Source: Eledone cirrhosa (taxonomy: Eukaryota). From it: a stretch of 64,000 nucleotides of DNA. Both the position numbers and the translations under genes were made by a program. Under the pieces are notes generated by a model, which saw nothing but the letters and a program-made list of their open reading frames with translations, made no database searches and had not been told where the DNA came from. This document shows, piece by piece, positions 40,469 through 52,953 of this stretch (its first letter is position 1; every line of letters starts with the position of its first letter). The stretch lies in contig OZ024751.1 in the NCBI GenBank assembly GCA_964016885.1, positions 40,300,001-40,364,000 of the forward strand, read 5' to 3'.

Positions 40469-43400
40469 TTATGGGTGTTTGTACATGGGGCAGCAACGTA
40501 AATGTTTAACATGGCATTCTTTATGTCCAGTTGGAACATGTTCGTGCGTCATTAGAGCCACTTCCTTGCCTGTTGCCTCTTCATCGTCGGCTCTGGCTGA
40601 TCGTTGTATTTCATCATGTATGCTTAGAGCAGCTTCTTCTTCTTCTTCTTCTTCTTCTCCTTCTTCTTCTTCTTCTTCTTCTTCTTCTTCTTCTTCTTCT
40701 TCTTCTTCTACGGTTGACCTTGTCCCTTCACCGTCGGTTGTGGGAGAATCTTTTCTTTCAGTATCCACTTTTGACGAATCCTCTAGATAGTACAATGGGC
40801 AACATTTTAAATGTTTAATTTTGCATTTTCCACGGTCAACTAGATCGTCTCGTTTGGTCTCTTCTGGTCGTTTTTCCTCGCGTAACACTGAAGGTTGTCC
40901 TGCGCTGGCTTCTTTAGTTAATAAATGTTGTTTATACAAAGGGCAAGATTTTAAATGTACAGATCTGCAGGGATGATGATGATGATGCCATACACTATCC
41001 ACACTAGCTGGTGTTTCTGGTTTGTACAAGGGGCAACATATTAAATGTTTAAATGGAGGTTTTTCTTCTTTTTTCTCTTTTTCTTTTTTCTCTTGTTCCT
41101 CTTTTTCTTTTTTCTCTTGTTCTTCTTTTTCTTTTTCTTTTTCTTTTTCTTTTTCTTCTTTTTCTCTTTCTTTTTCTTTTTCTTCTTCTTCTTCTTCTTC
41201 TTCTTTTTCTCTTTCTCTTTCTTTTCTTCCTTTTCCTTTTCTTCCTTTTCCTTTTCCTTTTCCTTTTCCTTTTCCTTTTCTTTTTCCTTTTCCTTTTTTT
41301 CCTTTTCCTTTTCCTTTTCCTTTTCCTTTTTCTTCTTTTCTTCCTTTCTTTTGTTTCTTTCGTTTTTTTCGTTTCTGTATCTTTGCTTTTCTTTTTTCTC
41401 TTTTTTCTTTTCTTTCCAGTCTTTTTTCTTTTCTTTCCTCTCTTTTTTGTTGTTTCTCCACTCTTTTTTGTTGTTTCTCCACTCTTTTTTGTTGTTTCTC
41501 CACTCTTTTTTGTTGTCTCACCACTCTTTTTTTTTGTCTTTCTTCTCTTTCTTCTTCAGTTAACAGACTTTCGTCAATATCCTCTTCTTCCTCTGATTCC
41601 TCTTCTTCCTCTGATTCCTCTTCTTCCTCTGATTCCTCTGATTCCTCTGATTCCTCTGTTTCCTCTTCTTCCTCTGATTCCTCTGTTTCCTCTTCGTCAG
41701 ACTCGTCATACTCGCCATACTCGTCTCCTGTCTCTCTTGTCTCTCCTGTCTCTCCTGTCTCTCCTGTCTCTCCTTCCGACTCTCCTTCCGACTCTCCTTC
41801 CGTCTCTTCTTCCGTCTCTTCTTCCGTCTCTTCTTCCGTCTCTCCTTCCTCTCCTTCCTCTCCTTCCTCTCCTTCCTCTCTTCCCTCTCTTTCCTCTCTT
41901 TCCACTCCTTCCACTCCTTCCACTCCTTCCTCTCTTTTCTCTCTTTTCTCTCTTTTCTCTCTTTCCTCTCTTTTCTCTCTTTCCTCTCCTTGCTCTCTTT
42001 CCTCTCCTTGCTCTCCTTCCTCTCTTTTCTCTCTTTCCTCTCTTTCCTCTCTTTCCTCTCTTTTCTCTCTTTTCTCTCTTTTCGCTCTTTTCTCTCCTTG
42101 CTCTCCTTCCTCTCCTTCCTCTCCTTCCTCTCCTTCCTCTCCTTCCTCTCCTTCCTCTCCTTCCTCTCCTTCTTCTCCTTCCTCTCCTCGCTCTCCTCGC
42201 TCTCCTCGCTCTCTTCGCTCTCCTCGCTCTCTTCGCTCTCCTCGCTCTCCTCGCTCTCTTCGCTCTCCTCGCTCTCCTCGCTCTCCTCGCTCTCCTCGCT
42301 CTCCTTGCTCTCCTTCCTCTCCTTCCTCTCCTTGCTCTCCTTCCTCGATTTCATCACCTTCAACTTGCTCTCCTAATGCTCTTAATGCGCCTAATACTTG
42401 TTTCATTGGAAATTTTTTTTTACTGATTACAGGACTTCCATCGCTGGTTACATATTGTCCATCCTTGGTTATATATAGATCCTTACTTTGTACAACTTTT
42501 CCATCACTGGTTACAAATATTTTATCATAGGTTATACTTTTTCCATCTTTGATTATACCTGTTCCAGCTTTCGTTACTTGTTTTCCAATTTTGCTTGCAA
42601 CTTTTCCATCAGTGGTTACTATGTCTCCCTCAGTGGCAAAAACTTTTCCATCACTGGTTACAATTTTTCCTTCACTGACTACAATTTCTCCCTCACTGGT
42701 TAAAATTTGTCCAATACTGCTTACAAATGTTCCATCACTGGTTACAAATATTTCCTGACTAGTTACAACTGTTCCATCATTGGTTACAAATTTTCCTTCG
42801 TTGTTTAGATGTACTTTACTACTGGGTATAATTTTTCCATCACTGGTGACGTATTGTTCGTCAAGGTCTACAGATGATTCTTGCACTGGAAGTGTCCTAC
42901 TTAACTTTAGTTCTTTGGCTGCAAATTGTTTTAGATCTTCAAGTAATTCTTCGCTTAGATCCATACTAAAAGAATCTGCATCTTTAACATCGGCTTTGAG
43001 TGGCCGTCGAAATCTAGAACGCGGAGGCATAGTTGACAGCTCTCTGTTACTCATAGTCATGGTTGCATCTAAAAATGTAGTTGACACATCTCTACGACCA
43101 ACATGAAAGCTTGCTGACCTTCCGTACTCCATTCGGCGTTTCTTTTTACTAATCTTAATCGGATTTCCTTCTTCATCATACAGAGTAGAATCATGTAAAC
43201 GGGCCAAAAATGATTCAAATCTCTGCCTGGGTGATTTCCTTAGATCTATTAACTCTTTATCTGATTCATCCTCGGAATATTCTATCAAAGCATCTTCAGC
43301 ATCTTTCACTATTGGCACCAATACATTGCGAACCCTCTCGATTGCCACGATATTGTCTTTTGGTTGATCTTTCACGTACTCGCAACCCTTATGTATGGCT

Positions 43401-44674
43401 TTTAAGGCTTCTCTATAGTTCTCCTGTCTAACATAACCGCATGCCATTAGTACTAGGCTACGTGTGAGATATTTGTGATTCATACCTGACAAAGCGCATT
43501 CTATACACATCTTTAGATATTTTAAAGCAGTTTGGTTGTTTATACCGAAGTAGGAAAGACCCAGTCGATAGTTTAACCACATCTCTTGTAGCTCCGAAAT
43601 GCCAATATTATCAACGTCTCCAGCGTCTACAAACATCCTATATTCTTTGTCCTCGCTGTAGGTTACAATAATACCACTAATTGCATTCAACGTAATCTCG
43701 TTATCCTCTAACATATCTCCAATGGCGAGTAGATTAGCATATACAATTCTCGCTTCTTCCATCATTTTCTTTTCTAAATAGCAAGCACCAATCATTGAGT
43801 ATACTTCTGCCAAATGCCTGTGTTTATTTCCTATGTCTTTCTTTGAATTCAATAATTGTGCACACTTATCGATACATTCCCGGAATTTCTTAACCTTATA
43901 AATTCGATTTATTTCTTGCAAGTCGTCGGAGAGTTTAGAGCGAGGCCCTTGTTTCAATTGTTCTACTACCGGCATTTTGGCTAGCAGGAATTTGGATTGG
44001 TTATTAAAGTAAACAATTTGATTTATAACAACTAATTTTGATAACCAGCCGTTTTCCCTTCGGCAATCTATTTTTCTTAAGATATCTTGCAAAAACTTTT
44101 TGTCTTCATACAATTCAGCCAAAAGAATCCACATTTTCTTTTCACTGGGCAAAGTGGAGTCATTTTCGAAGACAAACACGCTCGTCATGTTATCATCTTT
44201 TTTCGTTGTTTCAACTCTTTCTTCGTCGCCTGTTTCCTCACCGAGCTTCTTTTTCATTTTATTCAACCATCGTACTGCATTGAGAATCGCCTCTTCGCAT
44301 TTATAAACACCTTTGATAAACATTTCTTGTTTCACTTGGAAACGACTGCCACGATGGAAATGAACGAGCGCCGCCTCAAAATTACTTTGTTGAAAATAAG
44401 ATTCGGCTTTTTGTAAAACTGCATCAGGAAAAGCAGGATCACTTTGCAGAGCAAGTTCTGTGTCTTTTAATGCTTTGTCGGGTCTCCCTTCTTTCAAATA
44501 ACATTTTGAACGAGCCACAAGACAGTGCTTATTTCCAGGTGAAAGATCTAATGCTTCTCCAAAGAAACGAATCGCCTGACTATACTTCTTCTCATGATAT
44601 AGTCTCACAGCTAGTGTCATGTAGTTACGATAACATTTCGGTCCTTTTTTGGAATTTTCTTCTGTGTTGTTCAT
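40469..44674 (-). CDS. TTC25: Intronless TTC25/ODAD4-like (outer dynein arm docking complex subunit 4) TPR protein with long repetitive C-terminal extension, about 1401 aa from ATG 44674
   Basis: Uninterrupted 4.2-kb ORF. N-terminal motifs CLVARSKCYLK..G, ALQSDPAF..A.LQKAE, FE.ALV.FHRG, K.EEAI.N and SEKK...LL.ELY.DK.FL match the TTC25/ODAD4 N-terminus as I recall it. The ORF-track start (44734) is TTG; the first ATG (44674, MNNTEE) has a caaaATG context. Orthologue versus paralogue is not resolved. Confidence 0.85.
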   Translation of the reverse strand: MNNTEENSKKGPKCYRNYMTLAVRLYHEKKYSQAIRFFGEALDLSPGNKHCLVARSKCYLKEGRPDKALKDTELALQSDPAFPDAVLQKAESYFQQSNFEAALVHFHRGSRFQVKQEMFIKGVYKCEEAILNAVRWLNKMKKKLGEETGDEERVETTKKDDNMTSVFVFENDSTLPSEKKMWILLAELYEDKKFLQDILRKIDCRRENGWLSKLVVINQIVYFNNQSKFLLAKMPVVEQLKQGPRSKLSDDLQEINRIYKVKKFRECIDKCAQLLNSKKDIGNKHRHLAEVYSMIGACYLEKKMMEEARIVYANLLAIGDMLEDNEITLNAISGIIVTYSEDKEYRMFVDAGDVDNIGISELQEMWLNYRLGLSYFGINNQTALKYLKMCIECALSGMNHKYLTRSLVLMACGYVRQENYREALKAIHKGCEYVKDQPKDNIVAIERVRNVLVPIVKDAEDALIEYSEDESDKELIDLRKSPRQRFESFLARLHDSTLYDEEGNPIKISKKKRRMEYGRSASFHVGRRDVSTTFLDATMTMSNRELSTMPPRSRFRRPLKADVKDADSFSMDLSEELLEDLKQFAAKELKLSRTLPVQESSVDLDEQYVTSDGKIIPSSKVHLNNEGKFVTNDGTVVTSQEIFVTSDGTFVSSIGQILTSEGEIVVSEGKIVTSDGKVFATEGDIVTTDGKVASKIGKQVTKAGTGIIKDGKSITYDKIFVTSDGKVVQSKDLYITKDGQYVTSDGSPVISKKKFPMKQVLGALRALGEQVEGDEIEEGEQGEEGEEGEQGERGERGERGERGERRERGERGERRERGERRERGERGERGEEGEEGEEGEEGEEGEEGEEGEEGEEGEQGEKRAKREKREKREEREEREEREKREEGEQGEEREQGEEREKREEREKREKREKREEGVEGVEGVEREEREGREEGEEGEEGEEGETEEETEEETEEETEGESEGESEGETGETGETGETRETGDEYGEYDESDEEETEESEEEEETEESEESEESEEEEESEEEEESEEEEDIDESLLTEEEREERQKKRVVRQQKRVEKQQKRVEKQQKRVEKQQKREERKEKRLERKEKREKRKAKIQKRKKRKKQKKGRKEEKGKGKGKGKGKKGKGKRKGKGKGKGKGKGRKGKGRKEREREKEEEEEEEEKEKEREKEEKEKEKEKEKEEQEKKEKEEQEKKEKEKKEEKPPFKHLICCPLYKPETPASVDSVWHHHHHPCRSVHLKSCPLYKQHLLTKEASAGQPSVLREEKRPEETKRDDLVDRGKCKIKHLKCCPLYYLEDSSKVDTERKDSPTTDGEGTRSTVEEEEEEEEEEEEEEEEGEEEEEEEEAALSIHDEIQRSARADDEEATGKEVALMTHEHVPTGHKECHVKHLRCCPMYKHP

Positions 44675-44898
44675 TTTGAAAAAAACGGCAATACTAACTA
44701 ACAAAACAGAAACCCTTAAAGAATAATAATTCAACCCCGCAAATATATTTGTAAATTCATTGGTAAACTAGTTTGAAATACTGGATTTCCAGAATACAAC
44801 ATACATAAAATATAAGATAATAAAGCATATAAAAAATAAACAAATGAAGTAACAGTGATGTAATAAGAGAACTACGTCTTAGTAGTAGTAGTAGTATC

Positions 44899-44975
<77 letters not shown>

Positions 44976-45037
44976 AAAAGTAGTGGCGGTGGCGACGGTG
45001 GTGGTTGTGGTAGTAGTAGTAGCAGCAGTAGCAGTAT

Positions 45038-45837
45038 TATTTTGTTACTCGATTTTTATGTAAAACCCCCACTATCCCCGTGTATTGTATTGTCCCCTAT
45101 ATCTCGGCCCCTCTGTCTGGTGGCAGTAGCGAAAGAGGTTGTATGGTGGACATGGTTGAAAGGGCAGACACTTTTCTCTTCAGCCAATCCCTCATCAACT
45201 TCTTCAAGTATCACTTGGAAAGGAAGGTGTGGGTGGAGAGAGAAGTGCTGCCCTGCCCCCCAGTACATTTGCTGAAAGGTGGGTGAATGTGGCGAGAATG
45301 GCCGGTGTGAGTGGGCCTACTCTGGTCATGCACCTGTAGGTGGGTTAATTTGTGGAGGAGAGGGGTGCTCTTCCCGGGTGCTCTCGAAGCGTCAGGTCGT
45401 TCAGGATTGGTGGGGTACCTGAGTGAACCCTGGGTGGTTATCCCCCCCCCCCCTATTGGGGAAATTTTCATTGTTGTATTTTTCTTGTTATTTTGTTATT
45501 GTTATTTATATTGGTATTGTCCCCTATATGCCGGCCCTTGTGGCCAATAAATGAAATCGCCGAGGTTAACTTTGCCTTTCATCCTTACGAGGTCGATAAA
45601 ATAAAGTACCAGTAATGCACTGGGTAATTGCTGGCCTTGTGCCAAAAGTAGAAACTGCCTAAGTCTTTTGTATTGTCTCCTATATGTCGGCCCTTTGGCA
45701 GTATCGATAGAGGGTCGGACGCCATGCTTTGACGCATAGAGCTATGGCTCTTGCCATTCTGAATTCAAATCCCGCCGAGGTTAACTTTGCCTTTCATCCT
45801 TACGAGGTTGATAAATTAAAGTACCAGTAATGTACTG
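45038..45837 (+). mobile_element. Mosaic of L1/Tx1 3' ends and SINE pieces
   Basis: LINE 3'UTR piece (45040-45110), LINE 3' end (45111-45557), SINE 3' half (45558-45655), LINE 3'UTR piece (45662-45699), SINE (45696-45837). Confidence 0.8.
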
Positions 45838-45856
45838 TTGTGTTATTATTATTATT

Positions 45857-48065
45857 GGTCTAAGCGGACGTATTTTCCTCGCTCACAGTAAGTCGCTTTA
45901 TTTGCCTGTTAAAATTATTTGTTGTTAAATATTTCTTGTTGTGTAAGTGATATAAGCCCTTAGACTTTGCCCCGTGAAGAGGAAAGTATAATATTTGGGC
46001 CTTTTGGCCCAAATATTTGAACTTTTTTTTACATGTTAAAAAATTTACGAAGAAAAAAACCATGGCTGAGCCACGCCCCCCCAGCGATATGTCGGCTGTC
46101 GTGCGACAACGACGTAGAAGTTGAGAGGAGCGCTACAGCGAAATTAAAACACATTGATAACACAAACACCACCACAAACAAGGTAAACAAAGACACCAAT
46201 GATACCAATAAGAACACTAATTTAAAAAAAAATGACAGTAACAGCGACAACGAAAATACAGATAACAAAAAAAAAAAAACAAGTACAACAACAATATCAA
46301 CACCACTAACATGAAATCAAACAGCAACAATACCAACTGCACCGAGAACAACGGTGGCAACAAAGACAACAATGATAACAGCGACAGTGCTAACAACAAC
46401 ACCAATAAGAACAACGTCAACAACACCCCCAACGAAAACAAGACCACTTTCGCTGCGGCACCAGCAAAAAAGAGGCCATGCTTCAACATGGACCTCTCAA
46501 ACAAAGATGAAAAGTTGGCCCAGGCATGGAAGCTCATCAAGCAAGAGCAAACTTGGGCCAACTTAACTGTCCCGGTAGAAGCTATTGAGGCAGTGGAGCG
46601 CAGAATGGTGCATTATAGATGCATCCCAGCACAAACCAAAAGGGCAGCTTTAATCCCACAAGAAGATATCGAAGTCGCGCTGAGGTGCATCAGAGAAGAC
46701 ACCCAGTACAAAGAGAGGGGCAGACAGTACGGCACCATTTCGGTGTTGTTCAAGTCAGAAGCCCTCGCTATGAAACACGCTATGACTCATTGCAAAACCA
46801 GCAAGGTCATAATGTACCCCTCCCACATGGGAAAAAGAAGCTGGTGAGGCGGTCCATCTGCTGCCAGCACCCTCTACGCGGAGGGCTGGGCATGCCGTGG
46901 CTAATGATGTGCAGGCACGCGCTGAGGCTGCGGCATCTCCAGATATTCTGCCTAAACGGTGAACAGGTGTGGTCGCAGTTTGTCAGACGGGCCTTTCCGC
47001 AGCTCGTTTCTTTGACTGAGCTGCAGTCCTGGGTCAAGAAGAGACCGAAACTGTGTGACTGGCATCTGGAATGTTGCCAGGCACTCACTGCCCTCTACCA
47101 GGCGGGCAATGCGGTCAGTGGAACTTCCACTCTCGAGTTCTATAGAGGATTAGTGGTGGGCAAGTGCGACGACGCACTCGGAGAGGCTCTGAGAGTCAAC
47201 GAAGTCGAACTAACCAGTCTGTACTGGAGGACTTTCGAGCCGGGGACGATGGATAATTTCCAAAAATCCCTCGCTTGGCAGTACTACCGGAGGGCACTGC
47301 CGGTTCGAGATAAACTCTACAGGCACGGAAGTGCTGTCAGACGGACCTGCTCGAGATGCGCGCAGAGCGACGAAACCGTTCTGCACGCACTCGTCCAGTG
47401 TCCGTGCATTACTGACTTGTGGAGTTATGTTGAACAGCTGTTGTCGCGTGTAGAACGGATCCGGCTATCGGCCGACTCCATAGTGAGGATCGACCCGCCG
47501 CCTTCTTTTTGCCAGGAAGGGCAGGCAATTTTCCTCTGTCTGGTGGCAGTAGCGAAAGAGGTTGTATGGTGGACGAGGTTGAAAGGACTGAAGACAAACA
47601 ATTTTCTCTTCGGCCAATCCCTCATCAACTTTTTCAAGTTTCACTTGGAAAGGAAGGTGAGGGTGGAGAGAGAAGTGCTGCCCCCCCCCCCCCCAGTACA
47701 TTTGCTGAAAGGTGGGTGAATGTGGCGAGAATGGCCCGTGTGAGTGGGCCTACTCTGGTCATGCGGCTGTAGGTAGGTAAATTTGAGGAGGAGAGGGGTG
47801 CCCTTCCAGGGTGCTCTCGAAGCGTCGGGTCGTTCAGGGCTGGTGGGGTACCTGAGCGAACCCTAGGTGGTCATCCCTCCTATTGGGGAATTTTTTCTTG
47901 TTGTAATTTTATTGTTACTTTATTGTTACTTTGTTATTGTTACTTTGTTATTGTTACTTTGTTATTGTTACTTTGTTATTGTTTACTCGATTTTTCTGTA
48001 AACCCCCACTGTCCCTGTCTTTGTATTGTCCCCTACATGTGGGCCCTTGTGGCTAATAAATGAAA

Positions 48066-48067
<2 letters not shown>
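45857..48067 (+). mobile_element. Internally deleted L1/Tx1-clade LINE: 5'UTR, ORF1 N-terminus, ORF2 C-terminus (zf-RVT), 3'UTR
   Basis: ORF 46311-46847 is ORF1-like with an Asn/Thr-rich start. 46845-47772 encodes LPVRDKL...CSRC....ETVLHALVQCP, with a frameshift in the C-run at about 47680-47694. Ends AATAAATGAAATC(ATT)n. No endonuclease or RT motifs seen. Confidence 0.8.
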
Positions 48068-48138
<71 letters not shown>

Positions 48139-48232
48139 CTGTTTGTGCTTATTACGTCATATGACATGAATTTCAGTTTCATGTGGATGTTGTTTCTGTT
48201 GTTATTGTTGCTGCTGTTGTTGCTGTTGTTGC

Positions 48233-48293
<61 letters not shown>

Positions 48294-48602
48294 GCTGGTC
48301 TAACCCTTCTCACATCACAATTCACTAGAGTTTCTTTTTCTATCGACTGCTGACTTCTATCGATTTCTTCCTCTCATCTTAACTATTGCAATATTTCCCC
48401 TAGCCCCACCCCGTACACACCACACCCCGTACCGCCAATTACCGTCAACCCCACCCCACCCATCCACCTACACATCATTAACGATAGATCAATCAACCGG
48501 TTATTTCTAATCAACAACATTACATATTCACCTGCGATCATGCCAGAATGTTCTTGTTGTTGTTATGCATAGAATGGTCCATTGACACATCCATATGTGT
48601 GT

Positions 48603-48672
<70 letters not shown>

Positions 48673-48724
48673 GACCTTCTGGAAGTTGTCCTAGGATCCT
48701 AGGGAAGGGCAAAGACCGATTCAG

Positions 48725-48780
<56 letters not shown>

Positions 48781-48854
48781 CGTTATTCCGGGTTGAATCG
48801 GAGGTAACCACAGTAAGTAAGGTACTCAATACATAGCAGAGTATAATAGTTTTA

Positions 48855-48949
48855 ATATAGAAGAGATTCTACAGGACTAGAACTGTTTCATTCATTAGAA
48901 ATCATCATGATTTCTAATGAATGAAACAGTTCTAGTCCTGTAGAATCTC

Positions 48950-48957
<8 letters not shown>
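48855..48957. repeat. Perfect palindrome (about 51-bp arms, 1-nt centre)
   Basis: ATATAGAAGAGATTCTACAGGACTAGAACTGTTTCATTCATTAGAAATCAT-C-reverse complement. An arm fragment also occurs at 10764-10790. Confidence 0.95.
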
Positions 48958-49004
<47 letters not shown>

Positions 49005-49035
49005 TCTATATATATATACATATATATATACATAC

Positions 49036-49104
<69 letters not shown>

Positions 49105-49106
49105 CG

Positions 49107-49152
<46 letters not shown>

Positions 49153-49153
49153 C

Positions 49154-49334
<181 letters not shown>

Positions 49335-49335
49335 C

Positions 49336-49368
<33 letters not shown>

Positions 49369-49411
49369 CATATATATATACATATATATATATATATACA
49401 TATATATATAC

Positions 49412-49442
<31 letters not shown>

Positions 49443-49551
49443 ATAAATTATAATAAATATTTGCTCTACGGGTTTATATATATATATTATCGAGTCCTCT
49501 TCTGATTTTAGTCTTCACATTTATTTGTTACTATTATTATTACTCTATATA

Positions 49552-49685
<134 letters not shown>

Positions 49686-49712
49686 CATATATATTTATAT
49701 ATATATATATAA

Positions 49713-49826
<114 letters not shown>

Positions 49827-49914
49827 GCATATTTGCTCTACGGGTTTATATATATATATTATCGAGTCCTCTTCTGATTTTAGTCTTCACATTTATTTGT
49901 TACTATTATTATTA

Positions 49915-50049
<135 letters not shown>

Positions 50050-50070
50050 TATTTATATATATATATATAA

Positions 50071-50172
<102 letters not shown>

Positions 50173-50181
50173 ATATTTATA

Positions 50182-50220
<39 letters not shown>

Positions 50221-50413
50221 GCGTATAATAAAATGCATGGAACTCATTTAACCATCTTTTGATCTTATATATTATGTATACTCCAGTCCTACAAACTGTA
50301 GAGTGCTTCTTATCCGATATCTGCATTGCTTTATTGTACTACAATAAAACTCACCTCCTACTATATATATATATATATATATTTTTATATACATATATAT
50401 TTATATATATATA

Positions 50414-50532
<119 letters not shown>

Positions 50533-51548
50533 ATACATATATATGTATATATATATTTATATATATATATACATATATATTTATATATATATTTATATAT
50601 ATATATATATACATATATATTTATATATATATATTTATATATATATATATATTTATTCATTAGTTAAGCAAAACAAGACCATAAATTTCACAAGGAAGAC
50701 ATTATTAAAAGATTGTCAACATATTTCTGGATCAGATGACTATATATCATAATTGATCTGTGAAAATAATTAACATATTTAAAAGACAGAGTGGCTCATC
50801 GGAACTTCAAAGGAATATAAATTAAAATAATGGGATAATGTTACATAATATAATGTTCCATATATTGGTTTTTACTATGGTGTCTTGGTTGCATCAGTTG
50901 TCAGCCATAATCAAACAGTATTCATCTGTCGAGGCTGCATTGTGTGAGATCTTCCTATGGGTAAGAAGATGGCTGCCAAAGGGCATATTTACCTTACTAA
51001 TTAGAGGGTGGTTTCAAGGGAAGTAACTTCTCGAGAGATTAGAAATTGTGGGTGTTTATAGTTAGGTGCTAATTTTTTTAATTTTATTTACTTTATTCTT
51101 AACTCTGAAGCGGAGAATCATTCGGTTTCCTAGTTAGAATTTTAGTCTACGACTTCAGTTATACCACTTACGTGGTTTTGTCTTTGCGTGCAATTGTTCT
51201 CCACGTATTATCTTCGTTTTTTCCGTTCATTGCCAGAGAACGTCTCTATGAACCACCTAAGAGAATATTAGTCTACGACTTCTTTTATACCATAAACGTG
51301 GTTCTGTCTTTGCGTGTAATTGTTTTTCACCGCTCCAAATAATGACGTATTATATTCGTTTTTTCCCGTTCTTAGCCAGGGAACGTTTCCACGAACCAAA
51401 GTATCGTCTTCCTGTCTTCCTCCGGTTGCAACGTTTTTTAAAATATTCACTTCTGCGTTCACAGATTGACTTTGTTAGTTTCAGAAGATCCCGTTAAGGG
51501 TGAAAGCAGCGATTCTTTGCTTAAACTTTAATCTGTTATTTTAATAAA

Positions 51549-51585
<37 letters not shown>

Positions 51586-51990
51586 CAATTATCGAACCGG
51601 GTGATGTGCTATTGACTTGAGCAAGACACTTTATTTCAGGTTGCTCCAGTTTACTCAGCTGTAGAAATGGGATGATAGGACTGGGGTCCTTATCATTAAA
51701 TCACCCAAGACACCTCCAACGAGATATACGTTGGAGGAGGCCAGCTAAACCTGCATAGGTGTGAGCTGTCACACACACACACACACACACGCACATATAT
51801 ATATATATATATATTCCATCCCGCCCCTCCCCTTAATCTATTTTATTTCTCATTCTTTTTTCTGATGAATGACTAGCGTCCGAAACGTTAAGACCCTTTT
51901 CCTGCTATATCAAGGGTTAACCTAATATATACCTTCCATATACTGTACCGATTGTGTTCTTATTTCTGTTTACCTTTTACATACATATAT

Positions 51991-52059
<69 letters not shown>

Positions 52060-52729
52060 CGTAATATGTTCCTATAAATTTATAATGTATTGTATTTGAT
52101 ATTGTTATTTGTTTATTTGTTTATTTATATATATTGGGGATTTTAGGTTTTCTTTGCTAACATTTTCACCGTTTTTGTTTTCGAAAATAAACAAATAAAG
52201 AAAAACCCAACAGACAAAAGCAAAAACAAAAGCATTTTAATCATAACTTTGGAATGCTTAATATGTCATTGGAGATTTATCTAAAATCTTAATGTCTGAC
52301 CTATCACATTGGTGTTTCTATCGTAACATAGGTTCCCCATGTCACAATTCTTTGCCTTCCTTTGCTTCTTACTGTTTCTGAAATTTGACAAGAAATAAAT
52401 ATTGAAGCCAGGATAAGATTTTTATCTTAAAGGGTCATGTGAGACATTTTCGAAATTTATCAACGAATTTATGAAGAACGACGCCCAACAGCCATAGACA
52501 TGGCGGGCCAAGGGACATTCTAAAAATTGAAATGTCTTATATAGAAAAGAATGGGTTACATTGTCAGTGTTAATAAACATTTTTCGATGCATTGAGATAG
52601 AGTTCGAAACACTTTATTTGCTTGATTAAAAATTAGAATTTATTTCATTCTCAGATAAATTAACCGAACTATATATATAAGAGCTGTTCTAAATTTTGTT
52701 TGTTTGATACACACACACACACACACACC

Positions 52730-52843
<114 letters not shown>

Positions 52844-52953
52844 AAAGTTGCGACGGTAAACAGAAAACAAAAAACACAAAAAAAACGTGGAAGCGGCGAA
52901 GAGGCAGTACAAATGTTATTATTAGTTTCACGCTTGAGAGTGGGGGGTGGGGC

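Noticed and set aside
41022-42530. Long plus-strand S/F/L-rich ORFs and the alternative-frame ORF 41560-42363
   Set aside because: Shadows of the purine-rich low-complexity part of the TTC25-like CDS.
44675-44734. Signal-peptide-like N-terminal 20 aa in the ORF track
   Set aside because: Begins at TTG. The first ATG is 44674 and TTC25 similarity starts after it.
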